A stretch of DNA of 63,919 nucleotides, the filler included, from Piptocephalis cylindrospora (taxonomy: Eukaryota), in the NCBI GenBank assembly GCA_003614145.1. It is 3 parts of 3 records of this genome, joined end to end, with 100 filler letters (N's around TTAATTAATTAA, not from the genome) between each part and the next. Parts side by side here need not be neighbours in the genome. Positions count along the whole stretch, not along the records: positions 1 to 22,217 come from KZ987800.1; 2 more parts are not named here. One strand, given 5' to 3'. The first letter of the stretch is position 1. Each line of letters begins with the position of its first letter. A program made the translations under genes and the position numbers. The notes under the pieces are model-generated. The model had not been told where the DNA came from and searched no databases. It saw only the letters and a list, made by a program, of their open reading frames with translations. Below, piece by piece: positions 1 through 11,579 of this stretch.

Positions 1-673
1 TTCTGGAGGCGGAGGAGCATGTAGGATGAGTAGTGGCTTGTCCGTTAAAGGTGATGGCCTTGGGGAAGCCCATAAACTTGAAGGGTCGACCATGGACTTG
101 TTGGAAGAGGACATCATCATCGGTATGATAATGATCTGAGAGAAAGAAAACCCTTTCTTCATCGTACGCTGCAGGTGGAGAGGCTATGGCCGGGGAGGAG
201 GGGGCCTGAAGGGTCTGGGCAATGTGAGCCTCATCCCCCTTGACGATCAAGGCCCCGTGAATGGTGTGAGAGTGGAAGCGGGTGTGGGCATGCCAAAAGT
301 AACTTCCTGGATCCATAGTGTAAAAGTCATAGGTGTACTCCTGTCCCGGAGCAATGGCAGGTTGACTGACTCCGGGAACCCCATCGGCCCAGGGAGTGCC
401 CATCTGACGGATACCATGCCAATGGATGGTGATACCGACGTCGGCTTCATTGAGCACGCGGACGATCAAACGATCACCAGCATGAGTGATGACGGGTGGA
501 CCAGGGAACGTACCATTGACTATGAGAGCCCGACCTTTAACGACGCAATCAGGGGAGATGTTGCCTCTGGCGATGGTGAGAGTTTTACGGATGATCCCTC
601 CTTGGATGGTGCCTACGAAGAGGACGAGAAGTAGAGTGAAGAGTAGAAGAGGAGGGAGAGAAAAGGTGGGCAT
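1..673 (-). CDS. Secreted multicopper oxidase (laccase/ascorbate-oxidase-like), 5' part; continues beyond window start
   Basis: Manual minus-strand translation from ATG 673: signal peptide MPTFSLPPLLLFTLLLVLFVGTIQG, then NGTFPGP, copper motifs ITIHWHG and YFWHAH, WADGVPGVSQ and YDEERVFFLSDHYH. Frame is open to base 1, so it is absent from the ORF track. Confidence 0.93.
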   Translation of the reverse strand, partial: MPTFSLPPLLLFTLLLVLFVGTIQGGIIRKTLTIARGNISPDCVVKGRALIVNGTFPGPPVITHAGDRLIVRVLNEADVGITIHWHGIRQMGTPWADGVPGVSQPAIAPGQEYTYDFYTMDPGSYFWHAHTRFHSHTIHGALIVKGDEAHIAQTLQAPSSPAIASPPAAYDEERVFFLSDHYHTDDDVLFQQVHGRPFKFMGFPKAITFNGQATTHPTCSSASR

Positions 674-1369
674 GTCGAGCAGATGAGGCCAAGGGTGATC
701 TAATGGAATGGTAGAGGGTAGGAGTAAGGAAATTCGTAACACGGAAGGCCAACTGACAAAGTGAGGAGGAGGAATCGTTTGATGTGGGAGATCAGGTCTG
801 ATGGGTGTTGACAGCAAGAAAAAAGGGATTTCGACTGGAACAGGTCGTCACTTGCGAGATGAGGGGATCGGAGGACGTGTGAGTTGAGGACGGCGAAGCG
901 AATTGACCCGAGGGGAGATGAGGGGCCGAATGCGAAAGTACCAGACTACACAGACACACGATGAGGAGAAAGTGAGGAGATCTGGGGAGCGGGAGCAAAG
1001 AGAGATTGGAAGCGAATGAGGAAGGGGAAGATTGCAAAAGAAGCGGGAAGGAAGGAAAGAGGGGGAAATGAACAGGCTTCGTTTCGGGTCCAAACGGAGG
1101 TCCCAGCCTTGTCCTCCACAAGGTTATGATAGTAGCTGTTCTCCCTGTGGAGCGTTGTCGGAGTAGATATTCCTTGAAGGGAGATAATGGCTCAAGGTGT
1201 TCAAGCTCCGCCAATATGATAAATGCATCGGTGAAAGCCTGATAAAACGGGTCCCTATTAAAACCAGGACCAATATCAGTATGTCGCAAATTTGAGAAGA
1301 TCACAGTCCTCACTTTTTCCTAAAGGTCTTCACGGGTCAATCTCAAAAAGGTTCAGAAATTTTCCTCAC

Positions 1370-1800
1370 AATATCGTCGCTTCCTCTATGGATCTTCTGA
1401 GCGTGAATTCGGATTGTCTATGGTGCCCAGACATCGAGGAAGACCCGGCTTATCGCTTTGCCTATTGTTCTCCAGTGGTGAGCTTATGGATGAGGGTATG
1501 GGAAGCTTTCCAAGGCTCATCTACAATCAGGATGGAAGAAGCACTGTATCAGCTTCAGGGTCTGCAAGGGTTCAGGGGGCATGAACGAATACTTTCTCTA
1601 TGGATGTGCCCTTTGGACAATCCATATAGCGCACACGAGGCTCATCTTCTTCCCGGATCAATCATCCGGCCTCATCCATACGTGGCATTCACTAGTACAT
1701 CGACGCCTGGAGGCCAAGGCTAGGATAGCGCGCCTTCGAGGATCGGAACCAAGGTTCCGGTTCCGTTGGGCGGTGTTGATCCGCTGGACTACTAGACTGA
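1370..1800 (+). mobile_element. Degenerate non-LTR retrotransposon (L1/Tx1-like) ORF2 C-terminal remnant
   Basis: CLWCPDIEEDPAYRFAYCSPVVSLWMRVW resembles the zf-RVT pattern CxxC..EE..H.F..C..V..W with His replaced by Tyr. After a frameshift comes ALWTIHIAHTRLIF, like the LWxIWxxR..IF helix of LINE ORF2 ends. No RT domain is visible. Confidence 0.55.
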
Positions 1801-2766
1801 GCTGCCACCCAGTCTGGGTTCAGCTGAATCTCTGAAAATGTGCTATTTGGGTGCGCGTGATTTTGGTGTTTTTTATGTCTCTATGATGACGAGTAACCGC
1901 CGCATTCCCCTCAGTCCGTGACAAGAGCGTGAATTCGCGTGATCTTTTGGGTGCATTTTCCCCATGAGACAATACATTTTTCAACAATAATGAGTAGTCG
2001 CCTACTGGTAATACATCATATTATTTCCCAATACATTTCGCTGTTTATTACTACTAATACATCATACTTTCTCTCCCTCCATGGATCTTCCGAGTAAACC
2101 CGTTGGGTACCACATTGCCATTGGGCCCTCCCTCTGAAATTTGCCACAAAAGTGAGAGTGGCCCCCATCAAAGATGGGGTTCAAACCCGATTTGGGCTGA
2201 GTATGGGGCTGAATATTTCACTTCCGACACTTGGCCATTGGTCAAGGCCTCAAGTCAATGCTGTATCCCTGCGGCGGAGCGTGAAATATGTTTTTTTCAT
2301 GGAGAGGTTCGCTTCAGGGTCATCCTTGGAGGATAACAAGGAGGATGGGTGAGCCGAGGGATAGGAAAAGTAGAGGACTGGGGGTCGGTGGAGGACAGTC
2401 TTCTCATAGCAAGGGCCGCCAGATATATCATTCTTCCATGCCGGGAAGTAAGGATGAGAAATCGAGGACGTAGCAGCCTAAGTCAAACTCGGAAGCGTGT
2501 AGCTGGAAGGACCACTGGGAGAAGGGAGAACGATGAACGTGGGATAAAGCACATGGTTGTGAATGGGATGAGGTGGCAAGGAGAAATGAGCTTGGATTTT
2601 GGGGTTGGGGTTGGGGTTGGAGTTTGGGAAACGGATCAAGGAAACGGAGACATGGTCGGTCAAAGGAGCACAGGGAACCAGAAAGGTGGAGTACACCATA
2701 GTATTGACAAAGATAAAGTGTGGATCGATACACAGGAAACTCTGACAAAGAAGAAAAGGAAGGATT

Positions 2767-2778
2767 GATATATAAAGA
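2767..2778 (+). promoter_or_regulatory. TATA element GATATATAAAGA upstream of the ricin-like gene
   Basis: About 150 nt before ATG 2927 and followed by a CT-rich leader. An identical 12-mer occurs at 4829-4840. Confidence 0.5.
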
Positions 2779-2926
2779 AAAGCCTAGATCCGTCTTGCTA
2801 CTCTCCCATCCACTTGAGGTTTTTTCCCGGCTTCGCTCCACTTTCTCTTTCTACGCCTCCTTCCACTCTTCTTCACCCTCTCTAACGACCTGTCCATCCT
2901 ACCTCATCCTCCTTAACGATCTTCTC

Positions 2927-3847
2927 ATGTCCTTGTGTACCTTTCTCCCATTCCTTCTCTTCCTACTCTCCTGGATCTGCCTTCAAGCGCACGTCTCAGC
3001 TGCAGCCCTGCCCCCCTCTCCCAACAGCCTCAAGAATCCCGAGGCTCACCAGACATCAAATCATACTACCTTGGTCTCCACCAGTTACCTCCTCTCCCCC
3101 GTGCCACCCAGCCCTGTATACTCTCAGGTTCAGGCCTTTCAGAGTAACAACACGAATGCCACCATATCGGATGGGACGGCCTTTCGACCCGTTATCCTCC
3201 ATGGAAACGGCACCCAGATCATCTCCGCTCCTGGTGCTCAGGGACTCTCCAGCACCTCGGAGGCAAGCGGTATCCCCTTCCATTACACTCGTACATTTGC
3301 CATCCCTCCAAAGTACTTTGGTCTTTGGGGCTCTCCAGAGTGGCATCTCTTTGTGGAGGAGCCTAGTCTTCTCTTTTCCGATCCTACCCTATCAGTCACC
3401 CACAGTCCCTTCTCCTCCCTGCCCACCTCCATCTCCCCCCATGCCTTTAAGCTGATCAAGGTCAAGGAGGATAGTCGACTCCCCTATGACACCTACTTTT
3501 TTGGCCATGATCGATCCGATGGTCGTGTCCTGTGCCTTACCCAAGGATGGCTCTGGACAGGCCTTCGATTTCGTCCTTGTTCCCCCGCGACGAGTCTTCG
3601 AGTACGAGGGGTGGAGCGAAACGAGGCCACAGGCGTCACGCGCATGGTCTTCTTGGACAGTTCTGGCGTGCTTGGAACCGAAAGATGCCTCAAAATCCGG
3701 ACCATACTGGGCCCAAAGGCTCACCTTGAATCCTGTCAGGATGGGGATCCCAAGGAGTTCCTCTCCATTACCGACCCGTCCAATGGAGCCGTCATCGACC
3801 TTGCCTCTCTGAATATGACCATGGTGGGCTCGGAGTTCCCTGCTTGA
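2927..3847 (+). CDS. Secreted protein (306 aa) with a probable ricin-B/beta-trefoil-like C-terminal region
   Basis: Signal peptide MSLCTFLPFLLFLLSWICLQAHVSA, Ser/Pro-rich stalk with NxT sites, and two CL...L..C repeats (LCLTQGWLWTGLRFRPC; RCLKIRTILGPKAHLESC). Confidence 0.65.
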   Translation: MSLCTFLPFLLFLLSWICLQAHVSAAALPPSPNSLKNPEAHQTSNHTTLVSTSYLLSPVPPSPVYSQVQAFQSNNTNATISDGTAFRPVILHGNGTQIISAPGAQGLSSTSEASGIPFHYTRTFAIPPKYFGLWGSPEWHLFVEEPSLLFSDPTLSVTHSPFSSLPTSISPHAFKLIKVKEDSRLPYDTYFFGHDRSDGRVLCLTQGWLWTGLRFRPCSPATSLRVRGVERNEATGVTRMVFLDSSGVLGTERCLKIRTILGPKAHLESCQDGDPKEFLSITDPSNGAVIDLASLNMTMVGSEFPA

Positions 3848-4828
3848 AGCTCTCCTGTATTTATCTTCCTACCATGGGTGATGTGATCCATTGCTTTTTG
3901 TTATGGGAAAGCATTTCCTTTTTTTTCTTCATATCTCATTCTCTTTCATACCTTTTCACAAATTTATCCTGTCATTACTTTGGTTTTCGTCTCTATTTTC
4001 CAGTCTATTCTTAGGGGAAGGGGGGATTCATCTGACCTCGTCAGTGGGAGCACGTTTCTGGACTGTTACACGCAGTGCGGGATGACCTACTGTAGCCATC
4101 GTTGTTCAGTACGACTGCTTGCCGCTCTATGCCACGGAAACACGAGGAGAGAGCTTTCTCTCGGTTAGTCTTTCCCCAATTCTACAGGCTGGATCAGCAT
4201 TATCAACCCTTCCTGATCAATCCTTTCCCACCAGCAATAAGTAGCCCCCCGCCACTTGTTCACATCATTGTCCATCTCTAGGAACAGCATTCACCTCTTG
4301 ATCAGGTCGTGGCAGATCATCAAAAGTGGCATCCTGTCATAGGCCTATGTTCGACTCGTACTCATCCAGACTGCAGATACTTTCTCATGGGCATTTGAGC
4401 AGCCCAATCCCCCATAGCAACTGGCACCCACACGGCATTTACATTCACGTGGGTTTACCCCGCATTCCGTCTCGTCTCCGCTCATAATAGCACTTCTCCT
4501 TCCGTAATGCTTTTATTGGTGCAGGTAGGATGAGTGCGGGGTAGGCGGAGTCTCTGTGACTGGTAAGATCTGCAGCGGAGGCAGGGCGGGAAAGACGGGA
4601 AAGGTCGGATCATCAGCAGCAACGAAAAGGGAAGATGAGTCTGAAAGGGAAAAAGGAGAGGCGGGGTCTGAAAGGAGAGGATGGAAAGTGAGGCCTGAAA
4701 GTGACAAGGGCAGACAAAGCCTGGAGTAGCGGAAGGAACGGAGCATGAACATCCCGGAAGGAGAGAGCCCTCCTCCTTGTCAGTATTCATGGCTCTGAAG
4801 GGCGGAAAGGCTCAGAGAAACCGCATCA

Positions 4829-4840
4829 GATATATAAAGA
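4829..4840 (+). promoter_or_regulatory. TATA element GATATATAAAGA
   Basis: Identical to 2767-2778; lies upstream of ORF 4995-5864. Confidence 0.5.
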
Positions 4841-4994
4841 CTCTGTTCATAGCCCATACCTGCCCTCCTTCCGTACATCCCCCTACCGTCCTCCTGGCTT
4901 CCATCACCATCTGCCTCTCCATTGACCAACCATCACGTTTGACGCCTTACCCCATTTACTCGTTACGCCTTTCATCCCCACTCCTTCCAACGAT

Positions 4995-5864
4995 ATGTCA
5001 CCTCCCTCCACCCTTGTCCCTCCCCTGACCTCCGCCGCTTCCTGGATGGTAGATCCCATGTACGCCACCGTCCTAAAGGTCACCCCCAAGGGTGAATCAT
5101 ACAAGTATTCCATAGTTTCTAAAGCGGAAGGTCCCATTGTTCCACCCACCTACTCCGTTGAGGACCCTAAAGCTAAGGACTATGAGATCCTGGCCGCCAC
5201 TCTTCAAGCCTACCTAGGTAATGCATATGCACAGGGGCTTTTGGCCCCTGAGAGCTCCAAAAATACTCCGGTACATGCCCTGCCCAAGGATCAAAATTCG
5301 CAGTTCCTCGAACTACTCAAAGAGACCCGTCGCTCCTGCATTGCCGTAAATTCGGTCATGCATGGCCAGCACTACGGATCAAGTTACAGTCGTGGGTACA
5401 ACGGACCCAAATTCAGAGAGCCCATTCATCCCGAGGTTGTTCCGACTTCGAATATCCTACATGTGGATCACCTCATTATGCCCCAAATCTGTAATAGGCT
5501 CATTATGTATGCTGATCCCGCTCCATGGATGATCGCTTATGGAACCAAGCTTGCTGGGGACTACCTTGCTACACTTATTAAAAAGTCTTCTGAAGACAAA
5601 AATCTAAAGGAAGCTCCGAAGTACATGAAGAGGCGTCCCAAGGATATAGTGAAAGCTCTTCACTGGTCCAACTCAAAGTTCCTTACCATCCTGATTCGTG
5701 ATTACAAGAAGGGAAAGATCTCTGGTCCTATCACTCGTGAGGTAGCCCAAGAACTTCTTCTTGCTCCTCGTCATGCTCTTCTCAAAAAGGAAAAGGAATC
5801 CACCGCGGTCTTGAGTGCACATGACGCCCTGATCACATCTTTCTTTCCCATCGGGTCCAATTGA
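4995..5864 (+). CDS. Hypothetical protein (289 aa), possibly the body of a secreted gene with a broken N-terminus
   Basis: Long intronless ORF with normal composition. Signal-peptide-like fragments lie upstream in two frames (see findings). Confidence 0.6.
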   Translation: MSPPSTLVPPLTSAASWMVDPMYATVLKVTPKGESYKYSIVSKAEGPIVPPTYSVEDPKAKDYEILAATLQAYLGNAYAQGLLAPESSKNTPVHALPKDQNSQFLELLKETRRSCIAVNSVMHGQHYGSSYSRGYNGPKFREPIHPEVVPTSNILHVDHLIMPQICNRLIMYADPAPWMIAYGTKLAGDYLATLIKKSSEDKNLKEAPKYMKRRPKDIVKALHWSNSKFLTILIRDYKKGKISGPITREVAQELLLAPRHALLKKEKESTAVLSAHDALITSFFPIGSN

Positions 5865-6667
5865 AATGACCATTTTTTCAGTATACATCTTGACCTAAAT
5901 ATAAATCACATTTTTCCCAATTCAATTGTCATTCTTATGCAGTGTTGCTATGCTCTGTGATTCTTGCTGATGATCAAAGCAGCTGTCATCAGAGAGTGAC
6001 CTATGTTTGTATTCATCTTGTCTTTGTCAATGGTCCTCCCAGCAAATCTCATCGACAATGTTGCTTCGGCACGATGGATCACCCTTTTCTCTTCCTTCAC
6101 CCGGTGGTAGAGTGGCCCATTCAAATGAAAAGGTATAGGTAGAAATGTGAGAGCCTTGATCTCCTCATGCCTCTCTTTCTCTCACACTGCCTCGAAACGG
6201 CCCGCTTTAAAGCCGACCCGCCCCCATCCGTCCCTACTCACTTGTAATCTCCGCTCCTTACCCTATATCCAATGACGGGTCTGCTACAAGTCTCTCGGCA
6301 CCAAAGCCCCTATTCCATCTCCGATTCACCGTGGATCAATAGGGATCGCGCGACAAGTCCGGTTGACACGTTCTTTTCCCTAGCTCTGGACGAGTCTATA
6401 TTGGCCTATCCCTCTCCCCTCGCCTGTTCCCTTGGACGGCTCTCCTCACCTTCTTTCCCCCCTTTCTTTCTTCCCATCCTCCCTTCGTACTTTAAATCAC
6501 CTCCTCTTCCTCTTCCTCTTCCTCTTCCCCTCGCCTATCCTCCTACCCATCCTTGTCTCCACTTGTCACCTATCAAGCTATCTACTTTGCCCCTTTCTCT
6601 TTAATCATCCTCGTAAATCCCCGTAATCGTCTTATTTCCCCATCTTGGATCCCTTCCATCCCGCTAA

Positions 6668-8326
6668 ATGCGCTCTGCCTTTTCCTTGGCAATGCTCGTC
6701 CAGGCGACGATCCTTGCCCTGTCCCTGCTCATCAGCCCTTCCCTTGGGTACATGTCCTTTAAGGTTCGGAATAAAGTCATCACGGCCCACACCTATGACT
6801 TTTTCCAGGTCAAGTATGACTATTATGACCGTCCCAATGGGATCGTCGCGTTCATGAACCCCTCCAACACCGTCGCAGACCGGTGCTTCTTCCAGGAGGC
6901 CAAATACAATGATACCGTCGTTGCTCAGGGCGGGATCAAGAATGAATCGGGTGAGTTTTACGAGCACACTGTCATCCTCCTCAACCCCGCCGCGGGTGCG
7001 GCTGTCGGGTGTCTCACCATCACTCAAATGTCCATTGCGGCCGTCAAGTACGGGAAAAGCCTAGAAGCCGTCGGGTATCCCCCGGCCTCTACCCTCATCC
7101 TCGCTTCAAACTTTTACGGTGTCGGGTACCCAGGAGGTCCGCTCTCCGAGTTCTACCCTTCCAGCAATCCCAGGGTTTCTGATGGCCCCCCAGCCATGCC
7201 CACAGCCTTTATTAGCTATGAGGATTCCTTAAAACTCGTCGGTCTCGTCCAGAGATACATCCCTGCTGAGGTGTCTCAGGAACGGGGCCCTTGGAACGAT
7301 GCCTTCCTCGATCAAGGCTACGTTGCCTACAACTGGGCCCTCTTTGCCTTTAATGTACTCATGTGCGTCTATGGTCTCTACCGCTTCGTGTCCCTCCTGC
7401 GGTTTGGATCCATCAAGGCCGATATCCGTACCTCGGTCTTTGTTCTCGGCGTCATCTCCACTATTGTTGGCGCTTGCACCTTCCCCATGATGGTCATGAC
7501 CTTAAAGTACCGTGTCCTCATCCAGGTATCCAGCGCCATTCACAACATCTCCTTCTACCTCCTTCTCCTTCTGTGGTCTGGTGTCCTGTCACGCGTCCAG
7601 ATCGACCGATCCTTTGCCCCCTTCCGGATCATGATCTACGGGGCCATTGCCTCAGCCATCGTCATGCTCATCATTGGTATTGCCCGTTATACTTCTCAGG
7701 GCGCCCCCTGGACCAATCGCGCCTTCCGAGTAGTTACATATCTAATCCCCTCGGTCGAGGCTTTGGCCGCCCTCCTTTTCCTCGCCTACTCGGTGCGCTT
7801 TGCTGTCCGGATGAATGAGTATAGTGTAACCCGCGATGTTCGTCGTGCTCTCTCCAGACTCACCAAGCTCTCTGTCATTGGCTTTGTCTCCTTTGTCATT
7901 CTGGCCGTAACCAACATCCTCAGCAATGATTGGGGCTCCTTGGGTAGTGTCACCACCACCATGGCCCTTTATATTTCTCAAAACATTGCCATGACTCTTC
8001 GGTCCGCCGGAATCATCTACATCCTCAACATCGCCATCCCCACCGATACCACCTCTGGGTCCTCTTCGGGCACCTCCTCAGGTAAAAAGGCTGGGTCTTC
8101 GGGATGGGTGGCCTTTTCTCGTGGCTGGCGTCGTGCTCTCTTCGGCACCACCTCCCAATCTTCTAGCTGCGACTCCACAGGGAATCGCCAGCATCACTTC
8201 AACAGCTCTTACAGCGGTGGAGAGTCCTGTGCTACCCCAAAGACGGGTCAGAGGAGCCACTGGCATTTGGAGTCCGGCTCAGTGGATTCTCAGGAGAAGA
8301 GTCACTTGACTCGATCCCAGGCCTGA
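6668..8326 (+). CDS. Signal peptide + extracellular (PA-like) domain + 7-transmembrane receptor-like protein, 552 aa
   Basis: Hydrophobic N-terminus, ~190 aa ectodomain ending PTAFISYEDSLKL...GPWN, seven hydrophobic segments, Ser/Gly-rich tail. Intronless. Confidence 0.85.
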   Translation: MRSAFSLAMLVQATILALSLLISPSLGYMSFKVRNKVITAHTYDFFQVKYDYYDRPNGIVAFMNPSNTVADRCFFQEAKYNDTVVAQGGIKNESGEFYEHTVILLNPAAGAAVGCLTITQMSIAAVKYGKSLEAVGYPPASTLILASNFYGVGYPGGPLSEFYPSSNPRVSDGPPAMPTAFISYEDSLKLVGLVQRYIPAEVSQERGPWNDAFLDQGYVAYNWALFAFNVLMCVYGLYRFVSLLRFGSIKADIRTSVFVLGVISTIVGACTFPMMVMTLKYRVLIQVSSAIHNISFYLLLLLWSGVLSRVQIDRSFAPFRIMIYGAIASAIVMLIIGIARYTSQGAPWTNRAFRVVTYLIPSVEALAALLFLAYSVRFAVRMNEYSVTRDVRRALSRLTKLSVIGFVSFVILAVTNILSNDWGSLGSVTTTMALYISQNIAMTLRSAGIIYILNIAIPTDTTSGSSSGTSSGKKAGSSGWVAFSRGWRRALFGTTSQSSSCDSTGNRQHHFNSSYSGGESCATPKTGQRSHWHLESGSVDSQEKSHLTRSQA

Positions 8327-8869
8327 GTCGATGATTAGGGAACATGAGTGTAGGTGTGTGTGTCATGAAATGCTGAGGATCCTTTCTGTTCACTTCCTTT
8401 CTCGGCAGGATGATACAGCTTGGTTTCAAGTGATCATACTAGCTCTAGTGGTTCGAGTAGTCTATATGCATAAGAACCAGGGGTGAGTGAGGATGAATGG
8501 AGTGTGGTGAATGAACTCTTGGAGATATCCGGGTGATTGTCTATCATGCTACGTGTTCGATCATCACTTCAGAGTTAACAGGACTTGGGAATGGACCCTG
8601 TAGACTTGAGACCTGTGGTCTGTACTCTCCACTATCCCCATGAAGAGGGCGGATACATTAGGAACGGGAAGGACACATAGAGTGTCAGTAGTTTCTCACA
8701 CAATTAATCAAACAATGGACGGGAACTCGGTCTAGAGGGGATCGGGTCACTCAGCCAGCCTCGATCTTTCCATAGCCTCCCTTCCTTCCAATGTAGTCAT
8801 TTTGGCGGCGTTTATCTTACAATGATATCAGCGAAAGAGTGTCGATCGGTTATAAGAAGACAAGATGAG

Positions 8870-10121
8870 ATGCGTACTTTCCTCAAAGTATCCTTACTCC
8901 CCTTACAACGATCCTCTCCCCCTCTCCCCCTTCTCCTTCCTACTCTAACCATACATCCCAACACGATATCCGAACCAACGAAACGCACTTGGCTCCGTCG
9001 TCGTCAGTCAGCTCCTCAGGGAAATGAGCCCGTAGATGATCTTGCTGTACCAGGCTCTCCCTCCATGGCCATGTCCGAGCTCATGCCGTTGGCCGCGCAA
9101 AATTATGCTGTCAAGGAAGTGACTGCACGGTCCAATGTCATCCTGGGTCAAGGAGGGGCCATTATCGTGACTCGAAAATTTCAAAAAGATCAAGCTATAG
9201 TCAGTGGCTCCAAGCCTCCTCCGGCATGTCCCGCTAGGCTACTCACCCTTCCCCTCCTATCTTTTTTTCCACAGGGTTGGGAGAAGACCAGAATTTTTAC
9301 CATTGCCGATGTGGATGGGGAGCAATTTGGATGGCTCATTGAGGATAATAATCCGTCATTTAATGTCGCCATGGGCCTTCAGCTTCTCAAAATCCATCGT
9401 CCCTTTAAGGCCCGTGTAGAGGGTATGGACGGTAATGTCGTACTTCGAGTAAGTGCTCTTTAAGGCTGCTGTCGTCGACTTAGGAAAAGGGTGGCTACTT
9501 ACTCATAGAAACCCCTTCTCCTCTCCCTCTCAGATTATTCGGCCATTCACTTGGGTGAATAGTATCATATACGTGGATAACATGGAAGGGCAGAGGATAG
9601 GATCCGTTCAAAGCAAGTTTCATGCCTGGAAACGTTCCTATGACTTGTACATTGGGTAAGTTCACGACGCTCCCTACTGGATGAGGCAAGGTGCTTTGTC
9701 TCGCACTCACCCTAACCTTGGCCCCCTGAGCAGAAAGGACCGCTTCTCCAAGATTCGTGGAGGGGCCTTGGCATGGGATTTTTCCCTGCAGAATCGTGAG
9801 GGTCAATTGATCGGACATATTGGATGTTCCTTTCGTGGCATTACTCGAGAGGTATGTGCCATCTGGATTCTAAAATAAGTAGCATGTGTCATTTGTCATT
9901 GCATATCTTTCCCATCATGAAAGCTCATTCTAAGACCCACGAACCCTCTTATCTAGGCACTTATGGACACGGGAAGATACATCCTGGAGATGGAAAGTGT
10001 TCAAGACCCGGAAACTGCCCGTTTTTACCCCCTTACTATATCCGAGCGTGCCGGCATGCTAGCCACCGCAATTTGCATTGACTTTGAATATTTTTCCCTC
10101 AGTCTGGCTACTTATGGGTAA
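8870..10121 (+). CDS. AIM25: Phospholipid scramblase family protein (AIM25-like), about 5 exons
   Basis: Spliced segments GWEKTRIFTI, QLLKIHRPF, IIRPFTWVNS, IGSVQSKFHAWKRSYDL, LAWDFSL, DTGRYIL and ERAGMLATAICIDFEYFS, separated by GT-AG introns. Start codon and last bases are uncertain. Confidence 0.85.
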
Positions 10122-11579
10122 GTATTCTCCTAGTCTAGGGGGCAAATGACCTGTTTCGTGGTATGTGGGTGCGGTATCATGGGCCTGACCGTCAGTAGCT
10201 TGAAGATGCGATGGGCACAGAGTGAGATTCTATGCTCGTTGAAATGAAAGTGAGATGATTTTAAATCAACTTTGTCCTACTCTTCACGATTAGTGTGTGG
10301 GAAAAGGGTTTTAGTCATGGATACATAATGGAAACGACGCTTTTAAATACTTTAGATCAAGTAAAGTGGGTCTCTCTAACTAACTAGTTGCAATAGTCAT
10401 CCCTTCCTCATCTCCATCGTCTTAGTAACCTTAGTGCATATCCCGGTCTCTTGTGATGATGAAGTCATTATATCTCATCCTAGTGGGATAAGCAAGAGGA
10501 TCCGAACACACTACTTACGCTGAAGCTGGTATGCGCGATACCAGGGGCTAAGGCTTTCGACGCGTACCCTACCAGTTAGTTTTTACGGATACTACAGAAG
10601 CCTCTGGCTCACTCCAAGGGATTATAGCTGGGCCATCCAACTGTTAGGCGCTGGAAGGGGTCTAGAGTGTGCCGCCCTCCAACTGCTCGGCAAGATGCTG
10701 GGGGATATTGAGGGCAGCGCCATTGGGATCCTTAAACCTGACCTAGCGCAAGGAGAGGGTGACCAAAAGCCAGAGCGTTGTAGAGCTTGAATTTGGGGCC
10801 ATTTGATGCCGTTCCAGGATCTAACAACACTACTGACACTATTGACACTACTGGGCTAGTTAGTTAGAAGACTCCAGCCCTTGGCCTCTACTACAGCTCC
10901 CGTCTCACATTCACAGTGAAATAATGTATATTGGCCCCATACTTTCTGCCAATCAACACATGATCTAAAGCAGCGATAACTGGCTGCTCAACTCCGCTGC
11001 TCACTTGGTCAGCGACCTCCATTCCAAAACAGGAATATAAGGATGTGCCCACTTTAGTGACCAATTAGGATGCGACCATCCAGTCGGCTAAATCCCTCTC
11101 CAGAGAGGAACCTATCACCACTACTATCAGCCTCTATTCTGACTAGATTGGGGGTTTTCATGGGAATTCCTCCTCCCTATTCACGTCAAGCCTACCGATA
11201 TGAACAAAAGCTGCTGATGATCAGTTTATCTTTCGTATCTTCCTCTCTTTCCCCTCTCTCTTCCACATTGCTCAAAACCCTCTCCCTCTTGCCCGGTGCA
11301 ACATCTCGCTTTCTTTCGCCCTCGTCGTGTCCTCATCGCCCTTCCTCCTCTTCCTTCCTAAATTCACTCAGCCGCCCGGAGCGTCTTCCCTCGCCCACTT
11401 CTCTTTTCCCCTTTCCCCTCTCTCTTCATTGGCCCTCGCGCTCATCAAATCATCCCTCGCCACCACCTCCTCCGCCTTTTTCCTTTCCACGCCCTGTCCC
11501 TTGCCCTAGAGCAATCACCCGCTCACATTTTTCTCACTCTCGCTTCTCCCGACATCCCTCCCCATATCTTCTCACCACC

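Noticed and set aside
224..634. 136-aa plus-strand ORF
   Set aside because: Antisense shadow of the multicopper oxidase on the minus strand.
3950..4790. Possible decayed minus-strand gene
   Set aside because: Multiple stops and no recognisable domain.
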